DNA of 64,000 nucleotides from Magallana gigas (Eukaryota), in the NCBI RefSeq assembly GCF_963853765.1, contig NC_088859.1, positions 34,286,001-34,350,000 of the forward strand, read 5' to 3'. The position numbers and the translations under genes were made by a program. Below, one piece after another: positions 60,640-64,000 of the stretch (positions are counted from its first letter, which is position 1; each line of letters opens with the position of its first letter). The notes under the pieces were generated by a model that saw only the letters and a program-made list of their open reading frames with translations, was not told the DNA's origin and made no database searches.

Positions 60640-63600
60640 ATGTCAACAGGTAAGACAGCATCAGACTTGTCTTGTAAACATGCAACAACTTTTAAACAAA
60701 AATTATTTCTTAGTCACAATGATTGATAACTTTTTTTTGCCCAAGTTAAAACTATAGTATAACCTTCAAAAAAGAATGAATCCCAAAGTTTCACATTAGA
60801 GGAGTTTGCTTCAGGCAATTCTTTTGCAGGTTGAGGCATGGTTTTAGCATTGTATTAAAACACAGCCATGATGCTATTGGATCAAACTTTTCTCTTCATT
60901 TGGGACATGGATCAAATGAATAACAGTTAAAAAATTGTATGCAATACTACATAGCTTTTCCATTGAATTGACCATTTCAGATTACAATAAACATAGTGAA
61001 CGTAGTCCAATGTGGAAGGTTTGTATTGGTTCTGGGCAGATAACACATAACCCTTGTGTACAAGCATTAATTATCCAAACATTGCAAGCTTCCATTCACA
61101 TGTATGCTTTAACATTATGCATTATATACATGGCCATCGCAGAAGCATATTAAATTCATCTTTTCACAGTTTCATGAAATCTTGGACCAACCCTTAAAAA
61201 GATGTACCATAGATATTGAGAAATTTTCCGATCTAATAACACAATGTATTGTAAGTCTGTACATCAAACTGACCAATATTGACATTAGTGTTCACAAATT
61301 GCATCTCTGAATGAATTTCTCTTCAGTCTTAGAATTTTGGGTCAGGAGTCTGTCACTAATCAGGGAATTAAAATTTATTTTTGTGAAAGGTGAAAAAAGT
61401 ATTTCAATTTTCATTTTTGAATATAGAATAGTTTTTTAACTGTATTTCAAAGTAAAAATGGTGCATAGAATGTTATTGTTGAATCCTGTACATTTTCAGT
61501 CTTAGAGAGAGGGCAATCAATAAGTTTATAGCAGTGGTCTCACCAGATTGATTTAAAATAAAGCCTAATTATCCACTTTCCTTCTTAATCCCAAAAATAA
61601 ATACGCATTTTATTCCTATATTGAGAACAGATAAAAACTACAGTAAAAGTTCAATTAAAAAAATATGTACAGGTTTAGTAATTGGTTAAACCAACATTAA
61701 TTTTAGAAGCGATTAATCTCTGGGTGGGAAATACAGGTAGCCTGTTTTGTGTGGTAGAATAAAGACTTTGAAGACTTCTATATTAAGCTTTTTGCTCCAT
61801 CAAACGGATGAAATCAGAAATTGTATCAGTAGTATTAATGCTATCGGTGATCTTTGTCTGAAGTTTATACTGCAGGCAAACCTGTGCAGTATGTCTAGAC
61901 CTCCAGTCTGCTATTGATTTCTTTCTTGCTTAAGAGGAAAAAGGAACATGATGCTGTTGTTTGAAGATCTGATTTTCTGTCAGAAATGAAGAGAATACAT
62001 GTATTTGAACTGTGCTGCTTTTTTTCATTGTTGAACAAATAAATCTATAAAGATCATGTTGAATTAAAAAAGAAGAAAAGAGAATGTTATAGGTGTCAGA
62101 ATGCAAGTAGGTAAGTGTCACTGTGTGACACTGCTTCCACATTCTGGAATGGCGAAGAAGAGAAGTTCTAGACAGCGTACTTGTTGCTGATGCACCAAGT
62201 TGAATGTTCTTGGCCCAGGCTCTGAATAATTGATGAAGGGTTTAATGATAATGGTTGTTGTTTTGAGTCACGATTAGGAAGCAACCCATTGGGTGCATTA
62301 CCATTAATGGATTCTATTGGTTAAAAGGAGATGTGTGTCAGTGGAATTTGATTGCCGGTTTATTTTTTTGCAAATGATAGTCGTCAAATAAATTTTTAAT
62401 TAAAATGTAATGAACATCATTCAGTGTAGATAATTTAACTTGAAGGAAATAACCTTGTGTAAAATGGTGACTGGGGTTAGAAAAATTTAAACCACTTTGA
62501 AAAGGTATCATACTTGTTGATTTTTAGACTGAACAACAAATACATGTCCTTGCAATTGAAGAGAATAAATTAATTTTGGATACTTTACTTAATCGGTCCT
62601 CTTTGATTAGTCTCTTGAAGAATGATTGATTCACTTGTCAAAACATTTGAAATATCCAGAGTAATCTTTATATTGTAATAATGTAATTGATTTCTTGCCT
62701 TCCTGCTGCCGGGATAATCAGCCTGTAACTGGTTGAGCCTTTTCTTGTGCTTGAGAGGCACTAGCAATAATAAAAAAGCTATACACCAAATCCACCCTAA
62801 CCAGAGGTCATTCGATGCCGTCGTTGTCTGGAAAGGCAAAGGTGACAATTCTGTATAGATGTTGTCTTACATGAATCATTTTAGTGATTTCTATCAAATA
62901 TACCTGCTTATGTTGCATCTGCTTCGGAAACCTCATTTTTGTTTCATGCATAAACCTTTGTCATGAATGCTGTAATGAGTTTAATTTTTGTTTGCTACTA
63001 TTATTCAGTTCATTTGGCATTTAATCATCCAAATCTTTTCAGAGCTAAAATTTTTAATGAAGTTTGCAGGTTAAGACATGAATTTTTATTTTATCGTTGC
63101 TATATCATTATCAATATCCTATATGTGCAATTTTTCATACTTTTAATTTGCATGTTTTATAACTTTCTAAAGAGCATTATCATAATTTTAGGTAACAACA
63201 AAACTTTTGAAAGATTTATGTGTGCCAATACTAAAATTTACTTTTGAGTTCAACATTTTCACGTGCTACTGGATAGTTTAAAATTTTCAATGCTTTATTC
63301 CTGTGAACCTGTGCAAGACTGTTCCATTTCATTTAAATCAGTTTAGAAATTAATTCATTTTACTCGAATCCTGAATTGTCATTAAATAAACCCCTGTTTT
63401 TGTGTTGCAGGGTTACAGAAGAGTACAGGTGGTGTGGCCTATGACTACATCTTGAAGCCAGCTGCTGATAATGCCCCTAAAATATCTTCCCCTCCAAAGG
63501 ATAAACCTCTAACACATGATGAGATCTTTGAGAAATTGCAGAAAGCTGAGGCCAGAAGACAGGTATATTCACAATATTAAATGTCTTTTTGACAAACAAG

Positions 63601-63876
63601 GAGTGGTATAATATTTCAACAAAATGAGTTATGGACCATGTTTATTTCATATAAATTATTTTAAATAATGTTTATAATTTATAGTCTTTAGAAGCTCAAA
63701 AGCTAGAGTTTGTTGCCAAAGAAAAACAGAGAATGCAGGAAGCCTTGATGAAATCCCAGAAAGAAGAGGAGGAGAAGGCTAAAGCTGCTCAGGCCAAACT
63801 CCGACGATCCATGGAAATCACAAAGGAAAACCGTGAACTACAGATAATGAGTCTGCAAGAGAAACTCCGAGAACAT
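60640..63876 (+). CDS. STMN: Stathmin family microtubule destabiliser; continues beyond the window end
   Basis: Exons 60640-60649 (ATG TCA ACA G|gtaaga), 63411-63562 and 63685-63876 join in frame. Translation: MSTGLQKSTGGVAYDYILKPAADNAPKISSPPKDKPLTHDEIFEKLQKAEARRQ|SLEAQKLEFVAKEKQRMQEAL...KLRRSMEITKENRELQIMSLQEKLREH. This is a stathmin-like domain with an SP site and a 192-nt coiled-coil exon. The family is clear but the paralogue cannot be assigned. Confidence 0.88.
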
Positions 63877-64000
63877 GTAAGTGTAGGCTGTATAGTGTAA
63901 GAAGTAGTTTCTTTGTACAGCGTTTTGATTTTGTGTAAATGAGTAGACTGTTGTCTCTTTGGTGTTCCTGTAGTAGAAAAAATATTGTGATTAATTTTCA

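Noticed and set aside
62585-62848. 87-aa minus-strand ORF with a hydrophobic stretch
   Set aside because: Better explained as the antisense of the candidate stathmin cassette exon; it has no promoter or splice support.

Overview
AT-rich, intron-rich eukaryotic DNA, almost certainly a Crassostrea/Magallana oyster: it carries a 166-bp Cg170-type satellite inside a HINE-type element and an oyster-type B-box/NHL gene. I rebuilt seven protein-coding genes by hand from splice sites and reading frame. They are DNAJB12/14 (-, 3' end off-window), CANT1 apyrase (-), RSL1D1 (+), a LURAP1-like adaptor (-), a complete 34-coding-exon RTEL1 helicase (-, 1189 aa), an intronless B-box/coiled-coil/NHL TRIM-like gene nested antisense in RTEL1 intron 22 (+), and a stathmin (+, 3' end off-window). 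Non-coding sequence is rich in non-autonomous mobile elements. The best leads are: (1) RTEL1 and stathmin lie head-to-head around a CCAAT-rich promoter, as human RTEL1 and STMN3 do; (2) a 1.8-kb, apparently very young, coding-less LTR retroelement with two apparently identical 752-bp LTRs, a PBS and a 4-bp TSD; (3) a symmetric Cys-bearing stathmin cassette exon resembling the SCG10/SCLIP palmitoylation domain; (4) a Helentron-like family carrying a ~110-bp fold-back flanked by a 12-bp direct repeat. No prokaryotic-type systems (CRISPR, operons), rRNA or tRNA genes were seen. All homology calls come from recognising motifs by eye; no database search was run.
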